Positions 1-9,090 of a DNA stretch of 64,000 bases are shown here, in pieces. The stretch is taken from the NCBI GenBank assembly GCA_965217655.1, contig OZ244560.1, positions 1,828,936 through 1,892,935 of the forward strand, written 5' to 3'. The position numbers and the translations under genes are program-made. The notes beneath the pieces are model-generated. The model ran no database searches, was not told where the DNA came from, and saw nothing but the letters and a program-made list of their open reading frames with translations. The stretch comes from Candidatus Azotimanducaceae bacterium (GTDB lineage: Bacteria > Pseudomonadota > Gammaproteobacteria > Pseudomonadales > Azotimanducaceae). Numbering within the stretch: position 1 is the stretch's first letter; every line of letters begins with the position of its first letter.

Positions 1-1017
1 CCGGTTTATGGCCGAGTATACAAGCAGCAGGGGTGCTTCAAAACCCGGTACCAGACGCTTGTAGGAATTGGTGCCGGGATTGGAGAAGGCATTGATTGCT
101 CGGGCGTGTTTGATGATACCACCGATGTAATATAAGGCTTCCTGTGAGAGGTTGCCGTATCCGTTACCGGCAAAGACATTGGTACCGTCCTTAAAGATGG
201 ATTGGTGGCAGTGCATACCATTACCGTTCTCACCCACCAGTGGTTTGGGCATGAACGTCGCTGTTTTCCCGTAGGCGTGTGCTACATTGTGGACGCAGTA
301 CTTGTACATCTGCAGCTCATCAGCTTTTTGTACAAGTGGGTTGAATCGTACACCAATCTCACCCTGACCTGCGGTACCAACCTCGTGGTGGTGTAATTCG
401 ACGGGAAGCCCCATCGACTGCATGGCTGAACACATGGCGTTACGAACATCCAGAAGTGAATCTACCGGAGGTACAGGGAAGTAACCGCCCTTGATTCCAG
501 GACGGTGACCGAGGTTGCCACCTTCAAAGTTGGCGCCCGTCATCCATGCTGCTTCCTGAGACTCGATTTTATAACTGGCGCCGCTCATCTCTACTGAGTA
601 TTTAACGTCGTCAAAAATGAAGAATTCCGCTTCCGGGCCAAAGTAGGCTGTGTCGCCGATACCGGTTGATTGAAGATAGACTTCCGCGCTTTTAGCCAGC
701 GAACGTGGATCACGGTCGTAGCGTTGCAACGTACCCGGATCCAGAATGTCACAGCGCAGGTTAACAGTGGTTTCTTCTGTAAACGGGTCCAGAACCGCCG
801 TTTCATCATCCGGCATGAGAATCATGTCTGATTCGTTGATTGGCTTCCAGCCGGCGATGGAGGAACCATCGAACATTGCTCCAAGCTCAAAAAAATCCTC
901 ATCTATATTGGATGCAGCATTAGTAACGTGTTGCTCTTTACCTCGTGTATCTGTGAACCGCAGATCAACCCAGCTAGCATCAGTTTCATTTATCAGGTTT
1001 AGTGTCTTTTCGGACAT
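1..1017 (-). CDS. glnA: Glutamine synthetase type I, 5' portion (gene continues past the left edge)
   Basis: Not in the ORF track because no stop lies in the window. Manual minus-strand translation from ATG 1017..1015 gives [30 protein letters not shown]...[12 protein letters not shown]...[15 protein letters not shown]...[14 protein letters not shown]...[17 protein letters not shown], the conserved GSI motifs. Confidence 0.93.
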   Translation of the reverse strand, partial: MSEKTLNLINETDASWVDLRFTDTRGKEQHVTNAASNIDEDFFELGAMFDGSSIAGWKPINESDMILMPDDETAVLDPFTEETTVNLRCDILDPGTLQRYDRDPRSLAKSAEVYLQSTGIGDTAYFGPEAEFFIFDDVKYSVEMSGASYKIESQEAAWMTGANFEGGNLGHRPGIKGGYFPVPPVDSLLDVRNAMCSAMQSMGLPVELHHHEVGTAGQGEIGVRFNPLVQKADELQMYKYCVHNVAHAYGKTATFMPKPLVGENGNGMHCHQSIFKDGTNVFAGNGYGNLSQEALYYIGGIIKHARAINAFSNPGTNSYKRLVPGFEAPLLLVYSAINR

Positions 1018-1074
1018 TATCAAGTCTCCAGCAGATAGTGGTGTCTAATATGGTGCAATACTGTTCTGAAAGAA

Positions 1075-1091
1075 CAGCAAAGAATGTGCCA
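1075..1091 (-). promoter_or_regulatory. Sigma-54 -24/-12 promoter for glnA
   Basis: The minus strand reads TGGCAC-ATTCT-TTGCT with exact GG-N10-GC spacing, about 58 nt upstream of the glnA ATG. glnAp2 is the classic RpoN promoter. Confidence 0.6.
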
Positions 1092-1173
1092 TGGCAAGAA
1101 TCCCTGAGTACAGGGGTTTTCGGATAATATGAATTTAAAATAGCGCTCTAAAAAAGTGCCTTTCTTTAAAATT

Positions 1174-1190
1174 TGCACCATTATCGAGCA
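1174..1190. promoter_or_regulatory. Possible NtrC enhancer site
   Basis: TGCACCA-TTA-TCGAGCA resembles TGCACCA-N3-TGGTGCA: the left half is perfect and the right half matches 5/7. It lies about 100 bp upstream of the sigma-54 promoter. Another GGTGCA half-site lies near 1275. Confidence 0.3.
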
Positions 1191-1314
1191 TTTATCGCTT
1201 GATTGTACCTATACCAATTGTACGGCGCCAATGCTGGAGTTTCTGTGAGTGGGGTATCCCGTGTCAAGTCCACCGGTGCAAATTTTAAGTGCTACTCTTT
1301 TAGTTGCTGCAAAG

Positions 1315-1713
1315 ACGGCATGGTTGGGAATCTGCGTCTGTTGTCGTAGCAAGGCGGGACGGTTAGCGATTCCGTGTCTGTTGTCGCCGCGAGGTCTGTA
1401 CAGTTGGCGATTCCGTTACTGTTGCCATATCGAGGACGGCACGTTTGGTGTTTCCGTGTCTGTTGTCGTTGCGAGGACAGCATGGTTGCCGATTTCACGT
1501 CGATCGTCGTAACAGGGACGGTATGGTTGGCTATTTCGTGTCTGTTGTCGTAGAGATGACTGTATGGTTGGCTATTTCACGTCGGTCGCCGTAGCGAAGA
1601 AAGCACAGTTGGCTGTTTCGCGTTGGTTATAGAAGCGAGAACGGCACAGTTGGCGATTCTGTGTCTGTTTCCGTCGCGATGACAATACTGCTGGTGATTT
1701 CGCGCCAATAGCC
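1315..1713. repeat. Degenerate tandem array, about 10 units of about 41 bp
   Basis: Hand alignment gives units starting near 1315, 1358, 1398, 1436, 1477, 1518, 1559, 1602, 1642 and 1682. They share the core GGTTGGCGATTTC..GTGTCTGTTGTCG. The ORFs listed here (1249..1512 +, 1292..1498 -) are repeat artefacts. Confidence 0.85.
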
Positions 1714-1714
1714 A

Positions 1715-1972
1715 TTATCTGGCGGTATTGGTGGGTCCCATGGGTGGGTTGACTCGAATGGTGATGACTATTTCGTTATCCCTGTCGTTGGTGTCAATGA
1801 CCTGGTGACCGTTGATCCGGCACCATGCGGGGATATCCTGAAGTACACCCGGGTCAGTGCAGTAAACAATCAGTTCATCACCTGACTGCAGTTCTTTGAT
1901 ACGATCCTGGGTTTTAATCACCGGCATGGGGCACAACAACCGCCGCGCATCCAGCTCATAAGCGCTAGACAT
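1715..1972 (-). CDS. TusA/SirA-like sulfur carrier protein
   Basis: Only the last 85 aa of track ORF 1715..2323 look real: MSSAYELDARRLLCPMPVIKTQDRIKELQSGDELIVYCTDPG carries the CPxP active-site motif of TusA. The ATG at 1972 overlaps the upstream stop (ATGTCTAG). Confidence 0.8.
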   Translation of the reverse strand: MSSAYELDARRLLCPMPVIKTQDRIKELQSGDELIVYCTDPGVLQDIPAWCRINGHQVIDTNDRDNEIVITIRVNPPMGPTNTAR

Positions 1973-3017
1973 ACCAGTGCTGTACAACCTCAGAGGCAGA
2001 CATCGGGGTAACAGAACAACGGCTGATGCTGCCATTGGGTTCACTGATTTCGACTTCCACCTGGTCTGCATCTCGCCCCTGACTGTATCGTGCAACAATA
2101 GCAGCCGCTTCCAGCAGATCATGGTCGGCAGCGGGTCCATCCACCAGCGTGAACGGCCCTTCATGTGAGACCGTTTTGATACTGATGTATTGACGTCGAT
2201 ATCCTGAGAGATAATTGTTTTCGCCTTCTTCCCGGCCGATGATAATCTTGTAATGAGGTTTTGGTCGCAGATGACGGCCGACTTTGAGCAACATGATGTC
2301 GTCCAGTTCATAATCGCGCTCACCCCTTGAACGCCAGAGATCCTGCAATTTCGCCGAGTAGGCTTTGTCGGTCAGGAAACAGCAGCCACCGGCAGGCTGT
2401 GCGAAATCTTCAAATCCGAATTTCCGGGCAAGGGCGATCTGCGGTTTACGATTACGACCGTGAAAGTCATAGAGTTCTTCCCTGTTCACCCAGCCTTCTC
2501 TCTCCGGCAGCGTTTGCGGCAGATTCTTCGCGCAGAGTGGGCGAAGCAGACGATCATCAGCGCCAGATTCCCGGGCGATGACTGGCATGGTATCTTTCCT
2601 TTGAGACATTGGACGTTGTCCTATCACTTCGCCGGTAATAATAAAGTCAAACCGGTTCTCCTCCATCCAGGCCCATGCCTGAGCCTTGTTGACCATGAAA
2701 ATCTTGCAGTCGAGACAGGGATTGAGATTCTTGCCATAGCCGTGCCTGGGATTCAGTACGATATCCTTGTATTCATCAATCACTTCGATGATATGCAGTT
2801 TGATACCCAGTTGCTCCGCTGCCCAGAGTGCGTTATTCCGTTTTTGTTTCTGTCTGTCTTTCCTGCGAATCGCATGGGTATGGCCTTCCACACAGAAACC
2901 CGTGTAGAAATTGATGCCTTCAACGTGGACCCCCTGATTTTGTATGACACGGGCTGCCAGCAGGGAGTCCAGTCCACCGGAAATCAAGGCAACCGCTTTG
3001 CGCTGTGGAGTAGACAT
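1965..3017 (-). CDS. PP-loop ATP pyrophosphatase, ThiI/MnmA-like putative thiolation enzyme
   Basis: N-terminal AVALISGGLDSLLAA is an SGGxDS PP-loop. A CxxC (NPCLDCK) plus GGCCFLTD cysteines are present. The gene is translationally coupled to the TusA-like gene. Confidence 0.75.
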   Translation of the reverse strand: MSTPQRKAVALISGGLDSLLAARVIQNQGVHVEGINFYTGFCVEGHTHAIRRKDRQKQKRNNALWAAEQLGIKLHIIEVIDEYKDIVLNPRHGYGKNLNPCLDCKIFMVNKAQAWAWMEENRFDFIITGEVIGQRPMSQRKDTMPVIARESGADDRLLRPLCAKNLPQTLPEREGWVNREELYDFHGRNRKPQIALARKFGFEDFAQPAGGCCFLTDKAYSAKLQDLWRSRGERDYELDDIMLLKVGRHLRPKPHYKIIIGREEGENNYLSGYRRQYISIKTVSHEGPFTLVDGPAADHDLLEAAAIVARYSQGRDADQVEVEISEPNGSISRCSVTPMSASEVVQHWYV

Positions 3018-3291
3018 TTAAAGATGGGCTGCATTGAAGGGACTGACATTATAGCCGTCCGGGCAAGCAAAATACACTTGGTATCCCACTACTCCCGGAT
3101 CACACAGACAAGAACTGCCATTCGGATTATCATTCATTGTTGCCTTGCTTGTTAATCCATAGTCCTTGTTCCTATGGCTTGGTAGACTAATAAAAGGAAT
3201 CCTTGGGATTAGCAGTAATGATTCATTACCTGGCAGAGCACTGGCGGGAGATTCAGCAACTAATCAACAATAACAGTCAAAACCCTGATCG

Positions 3292-5283
3292 GTGATTTGC
3301 ATGACAAAGGAACCAGCCTTGAACTTCATCGACCTATGGTGGCGTAAGCCAGTGAACGCCCGGAAAATAAACGACGAAAGTCAAAGTTCTTGCAGCAGGT
3401 GGCTGGCAACAGCCTGGTGTCGTTACAGATTTCGTTGTCTGGTAATAATTGGCCTGGTGGCCATTGCGTTCCCTGGCATGTCCGCGTCTGCGAACGGCGC
3501 AGTTACACTCGAAGTACCACGAGTCGTTCTTGAAGGCTTGCCCTTTGAAGTCGCGGTAAACGGTGATGTACCGTCCGGCCTGTCTCTGGAAGCCGGCAGC
3601 ATCAGATATAAGCCTCTGGAGACTACTTCTGGTGTTCAATTTTCTCCTCTGACGATGCCTTCCGGGAATATGGTCCTGGTGCTGCGTGGCTCTGACGGCG
3701 AAGCGATTGATCGTGTCGAAAAGTGGGTACTGCCGGGTTGGCTTTCCCTGCTGCCACCGATCTCGGCGTTCGCTCTCGCCCTGGTGTTGCGGCAGGTAAT
3801 CCCTGCCCTGTTCGTCGGCATCTGGCTCGGAGCTTTCCTGATCGCGGGACCGTCGATAAAGAGCATCTGGCAGGGCATGCTGGATGTTGTCAGTGAATAC
3901 ACCGTCAAGGCGATAATCGATCCCGGCCACGCCATGTTGATTGTTTTCACATTCACCATGGGAGGGCTGGTGGCCATCTTGTACCGCAATGGCGGCACAC
4001 ACGGCATCGTGGAGAAGTTCAGCCGTTGGACAAACACGGCGCGGCGCGGTCAAGTAGCGACGTTTTTGTTGGGTCTCGCGTTTTTCTTCGACGACTACGC
4101 CAACACGCTCGTGGTCGGCAAGACGATGAGACCCATCTCCGATGCGGTCCGTGTTTCGCGGGAGAAACTTGCTTTTCTCGTCGACTCAACCGCAGCGCCT
4201 GTCGCGACACTGGCGCTCATAAGCAGTTGGATCGGATTTCAACTCGGACTCATTGAAGACGCTGTTGGCAGGATCGACGGGTTCGACGAACATGCCTATG
4301 TGGTCTTCCTGAATGCACTTCCCTACAACTTCTATCCAATCCTGATGTTGTTGTTTGTGCTGGTGGTGGCTTTGAGTGGTCGTGATTTCGGTCCGATGTG
4401 GAAAGCAGAGCACCGGGCAAGGAGCGGGGAGAACCCGGATGATCCGGGTCGAGTAACCGCAAGTGAGGATTTCAATGTGAAGATCGGCGCGCCGCATCGT
4501 GCTTTGAATGCCTTGCTGCCACTCGGCACACTTCTGTTCGCCATGCTGGCGGGACTCTATGTCACCGGAGTGGCGGCAGCAGGCGCTGGCGCCAGCCTGC
4601 GTGACATCATCGGTAGCGCAGACAGCTACCTTGCACTGCTTTGGGCAACAGTAACGGCCGTCATGGTCGCTGCGTGCCTGAGCATAGGGCAACGCATTCT
4701 TTCGGTCTCCGAGACGGTGGATGCCTGGTATTCGGGCAGCCGGTCCATGCTGTTTGCAGTGATCATACTGGTGCTTGCGTGGGCATTATCGAACGTTAAC
4801 TCGGAATTGCACACCGCGGAATATCTCGCCGCACTCCTTGGCGATTCACTGGACGCACGACTGCTACCTGCCGCGGTATTCATACTGGCCGCGCTGACAG
4901 CATTTGCCACCGGCACGAGTTGGGGAGTGATGGGCATTCTGATGCCTCTGGTGATCCCGCTGGCGTGGACGAGTATGCAATATCAGGGACTTGAGGGTGC
5001 CGAACACCTTCTGTATGCATCCGTATCCGCCGTGCTGGCCGGCGCTGTCATGGGCGATCATGCTTCGCCAATTTCGGATACCACAGTCCTCTCCTCAGCC
5101 GCTGCATCCTGCGACCACATCGAACACGTACGAACCCAGGTTCCCTACGCGCTTACTGTAGGCGCCATCTCGATCACCGTGGGTTCGGTCCCATCAGCGT
5201 TTGGCGTGCCCTGGTGGGTGTGTCTGATCGTTGGCGCGGTATGCGTCATTGCAGCCGTTCGCTGGTTGGGTCGCCCAGTTTAA
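3292..5283 (+). CDS. NhaC-family Na+/H+ antiporter-like membrane protein with an N-terminal extracytoplasmic extension
   Basis: 663-aa polytopic ORF. FFFDDYANTLVVG and the C-terminal GDHASPISDTT are typical of the NhaC family. The start is uncertain (GTG 3292 or ATG 3301). Confidence 0.75.
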   Translation: MICMTKEPALNFIDLWWRKPVNARKINDESQSSCSRWLATAWCRYRFRCLVIIGLVAIAFPGMSASANGAVTLEVPRVVLEGLPFEVAVNGDVPSGLSLEAGSIRYKPLETTSGVQFSPLTMPSGNMVLVLRGSDGEAIDRVEKWVLPGWLSLLPPISAFALALVLRQVIPALFVGIWLGAFLIAGPSIKSIWQGMLDVVSEYTVKAIIDPGHAMLIVFTFTMGGLVAILYRNGGTHGIVEKFSRWTNTARRGQVATFLLGLAFFFDDYANTLVVGKTMRPISDAVRVSREKLAFLVDSTAAPVATLALISSWIGFQLGLIEDAVGRIDGFDEHAYVVFLNALPYNFYPILMLLFVLVVALSGRDFGPMWKAEHRARSGENPDDPGRVTASEDFNVKIGAPHRALNALLPLGTLLFAMLAGLYVTGVAAAGAGASLRDIIGSADSYLALLWATVTAVMVAACLSIGQRILSVSETVDAWYSGSRSMLFAVIILVLAWALSNVNSELHTAEYLAALLGDSLDARLLPAAVFILAALTAFATGTSWGVMGILMPLVIPLAWTSMQYQGLEGAEHLLYASVSAVLAGAVMGDHASPISDTTVLSSAAASCDHIEHVRTQVPYALTVGAISITVGSVPSAFGVPWWVCLIVGAVCVIAAVRWLGRPV

Positions 5284-5355
5284 AACCTGGTTGAATCCCC
5301 TGCGGTCGGAACTGGAAACACTAGTGTCTATGACCCGGGGTTTGTTGAGTAAAAT

Positions 5356-5446
5356 GGGGTCGGAGTAAAGTGCCGGAGTAAAACTACCCATAACTACACG
5401 ATCAGGTCAGATGTAAAGATTTACTCCGGCACTTTACTCCGACCCC
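5356..5446. repeat. Palindromic MITE/REP-like element (GGGGTCGGAGTAAAGTGCCGGAGTAAA arms)
   Basis: Perfect 27-nt inverted arms surround a 37-nt centre. A near-identical copy lies at 6900..6990. Confidence 0.85.
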
Positions 5447-5469
5447 AATATTTCAGGTATCATGAGCAA

Positions 5470-6435
5470 ATGTTCCCGCTGTATCCAGAAATCAAACCCT
5501 TCGCCCGTTATCGCCTTAAAGTGGATGATGTGCATGAATTATACGTGGATGAAAGCGGTAACAAGGAAGGCATACCCGTATTGTTTATCCATGCCGGCCC
5601 GGGATCGGGTTGTGAGTTTGACAGTCGATGTTTTTACAATCCGGAAAAATATCGAATTGTGTTATTTGATCAACGCGGCGCGGGTCGTTCTACGCCAAAC
5701 TGTGAACTACGCAACAACACAACGCAGGATCTGGTATCCGATATGGAAAAGATTCGCAATTTCCTTTCAATCGACAAGTGGGTTCTGTTTGGCGGGGGAT
5801 GGGGTTCGACACTTTCTCTGGTATATGCCGAAACGCACCCGGACAGTGTCCTGGGTCTTGTCCTGCGGGGAATATTCCTTGGACGGCGCAAAGACATCGA
5901 CTGGTTTTACCAGGAAGGAGCCAGCAGATTTTATCCGGACCACTGGGCAGACTATATTGAACCTGTACCCGCCAGCAACAGGGACAACCTGTTGGCTGCT
6001 TATCATCGCATCATTACCGGTGAGAACGAACTTGCAAGAATGGGTGCGGCAAAGTCCTGGTCGGCATGGGAAGCCCATTGCTCCAACCTGCATCCCAATC
6101 AACGGCTGATCAGACATCTGTCGGATTCCCACAGATCACTAGCCCGCTGCCGGATCGGTACGCACTATCTGGTAAACGATTGTTTTCTGGAGCAAAACCA
6201 GATTATCAACCAGGCCGGAAATCTGCGGGATATTCCCGGGATTCTTGTACACGGGCGATTCGATACGATCTGCCCCCTGGACAATGCTCATGATCTGCAC
6301 GTTGCCTGGCCGGACTCACAGTTGTTTATCGTTCGTGAAGCCGGCCATTCTGCTACTGAACCAGCGTTGACTGATGCGTTGATCAGGGCAACCCGTGACA
6401 TGGCAATCCGTTTTGAAGCAGACTTCGGGGTCTGA
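5470..6435 (+). CDS. pip: Proline iminopeptidase (prolyl aminopeptidase)
   Basis: MFPLYPEIKPF..., HAGPGSG, FDQRGAGRSTP and GGGWGSTLSL (nucleophile elbow) are typical of Pip. Confidence 0.88.
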   Translation: MFPLYPEIKPFARYRLKVDDVHELYVDESGNKEGIPVLFIHAGPGSGCEFDSRCFYNPEKYRIVLFDQRGAGRSTPNCELRNNTTQDLVSDMEKIRNFLSIDKWVLFGGGWGSTLSLVYAETHPDSVLGLVLRGIFLGRRKDIDWFYQEGASRFYPDHWADYIEPVPASNRDNLLAAYHRIITGENELARMGAAKSWSAWEAHCSNLHPNQRLIRHLSDSHRSLARCRIGTHYLVNDCFLEQNQIINQAGNLRDIPGILVHGRFDTICPLDNAHDLHVAWPDSQLFIVREAGHSATEPALTDALIRATRDMAIRFEADFGV

Positions 6436-6440
6436 AAATC

Positions 6441-6875
6441 ATGCTGGGCCTCATTCAGAGAGTGTCCATGGCATCAGTGGAAGTGGCAGGACAAGTCGTA
6501 GGAAAAATTGACATGGGTCTGCTGCTTCTGCTGGGTATTGAGAAACAGGATACCAGCAGGAACGTTGAACGACTGCTCAACAAGGTCGTCTCTTACAGGG
6601 TGTTCCCAGATGAGAGGGGCCACATGAATCTGAGTCTGCTGGATGTAAAAGGAGCGTTGTTGATCGTGTCCCAGTTCACGCTGGTCGCGGATACAGGAAA
6701 AGGACTGAGGCCATCTTTCTCGTCCGGTGCGCCACCGGCAAAAGCCCGTCAGCTTTATGATGAATTCGTAGCCGCATCGAGTACCCTGTGCCCCACCAGT
6801 AGTGGTGAGTTCGGAGCCGATATGAATGTGCACCTGGTCAACAGTGGACCTGTGACGTTTATTCTCCAGGGTTAG
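6441..6875 (+). CDS. dtd: D-aminoacyl-tRNA deacylase
   Basis: 144 aa. MLGLIQRV..., the SQFTL motif and SGPVT near the C-terminus are present. Confidence 0.9.
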   Translation: MLGLIQRVSMASVEVAGQVVGKIDMGLLLLLGIEKQDTSRNVERLLNKVVSYRVFPDERGHMNLSLLDVKGALLIVSQFTLVADTGKGLRPSFSSGAPPAKARQLYDEFVAASSTLCPTSSGEFGADMNVHLVNSGPVTFILQG

Positions 6876-6890
6876 TTCCCGGTTTAATAA

Positions 6891-7038
6891 AGGAACTTTG
6901 GGGTCGGAGTAAAGTGCCGGAGTAAAACTACCCATAACTGCACGATCAGGTCAGATGTAAAGATTTACTCCGGCACTTTACTCCGACCCCAATGTTAAAA
7001 GTTTTACTCCGGCACTTTACTCCGACCCCAAAGTTCCT
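6891..7038. mobile_element. MITE-like insertion of the same repeat family, with flanking direct repeat
   Basis: 36-nt terminal inverted repeats: AGGAACTTTGGGGTCGGAGTAAAGTGCCGGAGTAAA at 6891 and its reverse complement ending at 7038. An extra internal arm lies at 6964..6990. GGTTTAATAA flanks both ends (6881-6890 and 7039-7048). Confidence 0.75.
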
Positions 7039-7769
7039 GGTTTAATAAATCGCGAAAATATAATGCCGAGTTCAAACAGCACCCACATGGGAACTGCCAG
7101 CAGTATCTGTGAAATAACGTCTGGTGGAGTCAACAACATGCCCACTACGAAACATCCAACAATGACGAATGGGCGTTTTCTCCTCAGGCTCTTCACATCA
7201 GTTGCACCTGTCCAAATCAGCAGCATGGTGGCAATCGGAATTTCAAAGGCAAGGCCGAATGCGAAAAACAGTTTCAGCACAAAATCAAGATAACGATTGA
7301 TGTCTGTCATCATCGCCACACCTTCCGGTATCACACTGGTAAAGAATCCGAACATCAGCGGAAAGACAACGTAGAAGGCAAAGGACATACCCGCATAAAA
7401 CAGCAGGACGCTGGATAAAAGCAATGGGAAAGCGATCTGTTTTTCATTGGCATAAAGCCCCGGAGCAATGAATCGCCATACCTGATGCAATATGTAAGGC
7501 ATTGCACAGAACAAAGCCATGAACAGACTCAGCTTGAATGGCGTTAGAAAGGGTGATGCCACCTCCGTTGCAATCATGGAGGTCCCTTCCGGCAAAAAGG
7601 CTCTCAGGGGTTCAGAAATATAGGCATAGATTTCATTGGCAAAATAGAACAGGGGCAAAAAAATGATAACGACGGCGCCAAGACAACGCAGAATCCGGTT
7701 GCGCAGTTCAATCAGATGTTCAATTAGAGGCTGTCCTTCATCCTCATTCAGATTTTTTTTGGCTGACAT
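7017..7769 (-). CDS. tatC: Twin-arginine translocase subunit TatC
   Basis: 250 aa, 6-TM profile, LIEHLIELRNRIL at the N-terminus, and synteny with tatA and tatB. The last codons and the stop are supplied by the MITE. Confidence 0.92.
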   Translation of the reverse strand: MSAKKNLNEDEGQPLIEHLIELRNRILRCLGAVVIIFLPLFYFANEIYAYISEPLRAFLPEGTSMIATEVASPFLTPFKLSLFMALFCAMPYILHQVWRFIAPGLYANEKQIAFPLLLSSVLLFYAGMSFAFYVVFPLMFGFFTSVIPEGVAMMTDINRYLDFVLKLFFAFGLAFEIPIATMLLIWTGATDVKSLRRKRPFVIVGCFVVGMLLTPPDVISQILLAVPMWVLFELGIIFSRFIKPGTLGSE

Positions 7770-8106
7770 TTTTCCGGTTGCTTAACGATTTATCCAGTTG
7801 ATCAACCTCCTCTTTCATATCATCTCCGGCTGAGTTGACCAGTTTGCCTGTATCGTGGATAGTTTCCTTGATGATGGTCCTGGACTCCTCAAGTTCCTTC
7901 ATGATCTCTTCATTGCGCAGTTGTGCGCGGATCTCGTCAGCACCAATTTCATTTTCTATCTCGTTTCTCAGTTTGGCATAACTGCGTCTGATCCTGCCAA
8001 CCCACAGGGCCATGGTGCGGACAGCGTCAGGCAGCCGCTCCGGTCCCAGGATGAGAAGAGCCACGATGCTTATCAGCACCAGCTCCGGAAAACCGATATC
8101 GAACAT
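7744..8106 (-). CDS. tatB: Twin-arginine translocase subunit TatB
   Basis: MFDIGFPELVLISIVALLILGPERLP. Confidence 0.9.
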   Translation of the reverse strand: MFDIGFPELVLISIVALLILGPERLPDAVRTMALWVGRIRRSYAKLRNEIENEIGADEIRAQLRNEEIMKELEESRTIIKETIHDTGKLVNSAGDDMKEEVDQLDKSLSNRKNVSQKKSE

Positions 8107-8297
8107 CAGGTCTGATCGGTTTTTTTCTCGTTGACTTTTTCTGCGGCTTTCTTGGATGCCTCATCGTCGGTGACCGCGGATCTGAATCCCTTAATAGCAG
8201 ACCCCAGGTCTGAACCGATGGATTTGAGCTTGGTTGTTCCAAAAAGCAGAAGCACGATGACCATGATTATGATCAGTTCTGTAATACCGAATGACAT
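8106..8297 (-). CDS. tatA: Twin-arginine translocase subunit TatA
   Basis: MSFGITELIIIMVIVLLLFGTTKLKSIGSDLG. Confidence 0.9.
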   Translation of the reverse strand: MSFGITELIIIMVIVLLLFGTTKLKSIGSDLGSAIKGFRSAVTDDEASKKAAEKVNEKKTDQT

Positions 8298-8309
8298 AGG
8301 ATTCCTCCT

Positions 8310-8657
8310 TTAATTCCTGGCGGCGTTTGATTCAGACCGTGACTTTTTTTCTGCAAATCCCGAGGTTCCGAAACGCCGTTCCAGTTCTTTCAATATACTG
8401 TCCAGTGAGACATCAAGGTGGTCTGCCATGACCATTGTGTGAAACCACAGATCAGCGGTTTCATGTATGAGGTCGCCTCTTTTACCGGAAACCGATGCGT
8501 CCTTGGCCGCAATGATTGTTTCCGTGGCTTCTTCACCGATCTTCTCCAGTATTTTATTAATTCCCTGCCGCTGCAGGCTGGAGACATAGGAGTCCGCAGG
8601 ATCGGATGTTCTCCGGTCCCGGATCGTTTGTTCAAGACGCAACAGGATGTCACTCAT
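8310..8657 (-). CDS. hisE: Phosphoribosyl-ATP pyrophosphatase
   Basis: 115 aa. [19 protein letters not shown]...ETADLWFH. It overlaps hisI by 8 nt. Confidence 0.88.
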   Translation of the reverse strand: MSDILLRLEQTIRDRRTSDPADSYVSSLQRQGINKILEKIGEEATETIIAAKDASVSGKRGDLIHETADLWFHTMVMADHLDVSLDSILKELERRFGTSGFAEKKSRSESNAARN

Positions 8658-9051
8658 TTGGGTATATCTCGTCTGGGTCTTTAATCACCGGATCGACAGT
8701 CTGCCACACGCCATCCTTCAAAACTCTGAAAAAACACGAGTTACGACCAGTATGGCAGGCGATATCAGCCGTCTGGTCCACTGCCAATATTAACACATCG
8801 CCATCGCAGTCGAGACGGACTTCATGGACTGACTGGAAATGCCCGGAAGCTTCACCTTTGCGCCAGATTCTGTTACGCGAGCGGGAATAATAAACCGCCA
8901 TGCCGGTTTCCACTGTCTCTTGCAATGATTCTCTATTCATCCACGCGGCCATCAGAATCCTGTTCGTAGACCTGTCCTGGGCAATGGCCATGATCAATCC
9001 GTTTTGATCGAATGTGATCTCATCAAGCCATTCAGGTATTTGACTTTCCAT
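8650..9051 (-). CDS. hisI: Phosphoribosyl-AMP cyclohydrolase
   Basis: 133 aa. [18 protein letters not shown]...DCDGDVLIL...CHTG. Confidence 0.9.
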   Translation of the reverse strand: MESQIPEWLDEITFDQNGLIMAIAQDRSTNRILMAAWMNRESLQETVETGMAVYYSRSRNRIWRKGEASGHFQSVHEVRLDCDGDVLILAVDQTADIACHTGRNSCFFRVLKDGVWQTVDPVIKDPDEIYPNE

Positions 9052-9090
9052 GAATGTACTCGTGGTGCGGGGGTAGTTCAGAATACCATG

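Noticed and set aside
1249-1512. ORFs of 87 aa (+) and 68 aa (-) lying in the 41-bp tandem array
   Set aside because: Their periodic, low-complexity translations simply mirror the DNA repeat. They have no RBS and no protein-like composition.
1315-1713. Possibility that this array, or those at 24784-24903 and 54424-54492, is a CRISPR locus
   Set aside because: The units abut each other with no unique spacers, the repeats are degenerate or far too few, and no cas genes are in the window.
1715-2323. 202-aa ORF overlapping the PP-loop gene
   Set aside because: Only its last 85 aa (from the ATG at 1972) form the TusA-like protein. The rest is an out-of-frame overlap with the 3' end of gene 1965..3017.
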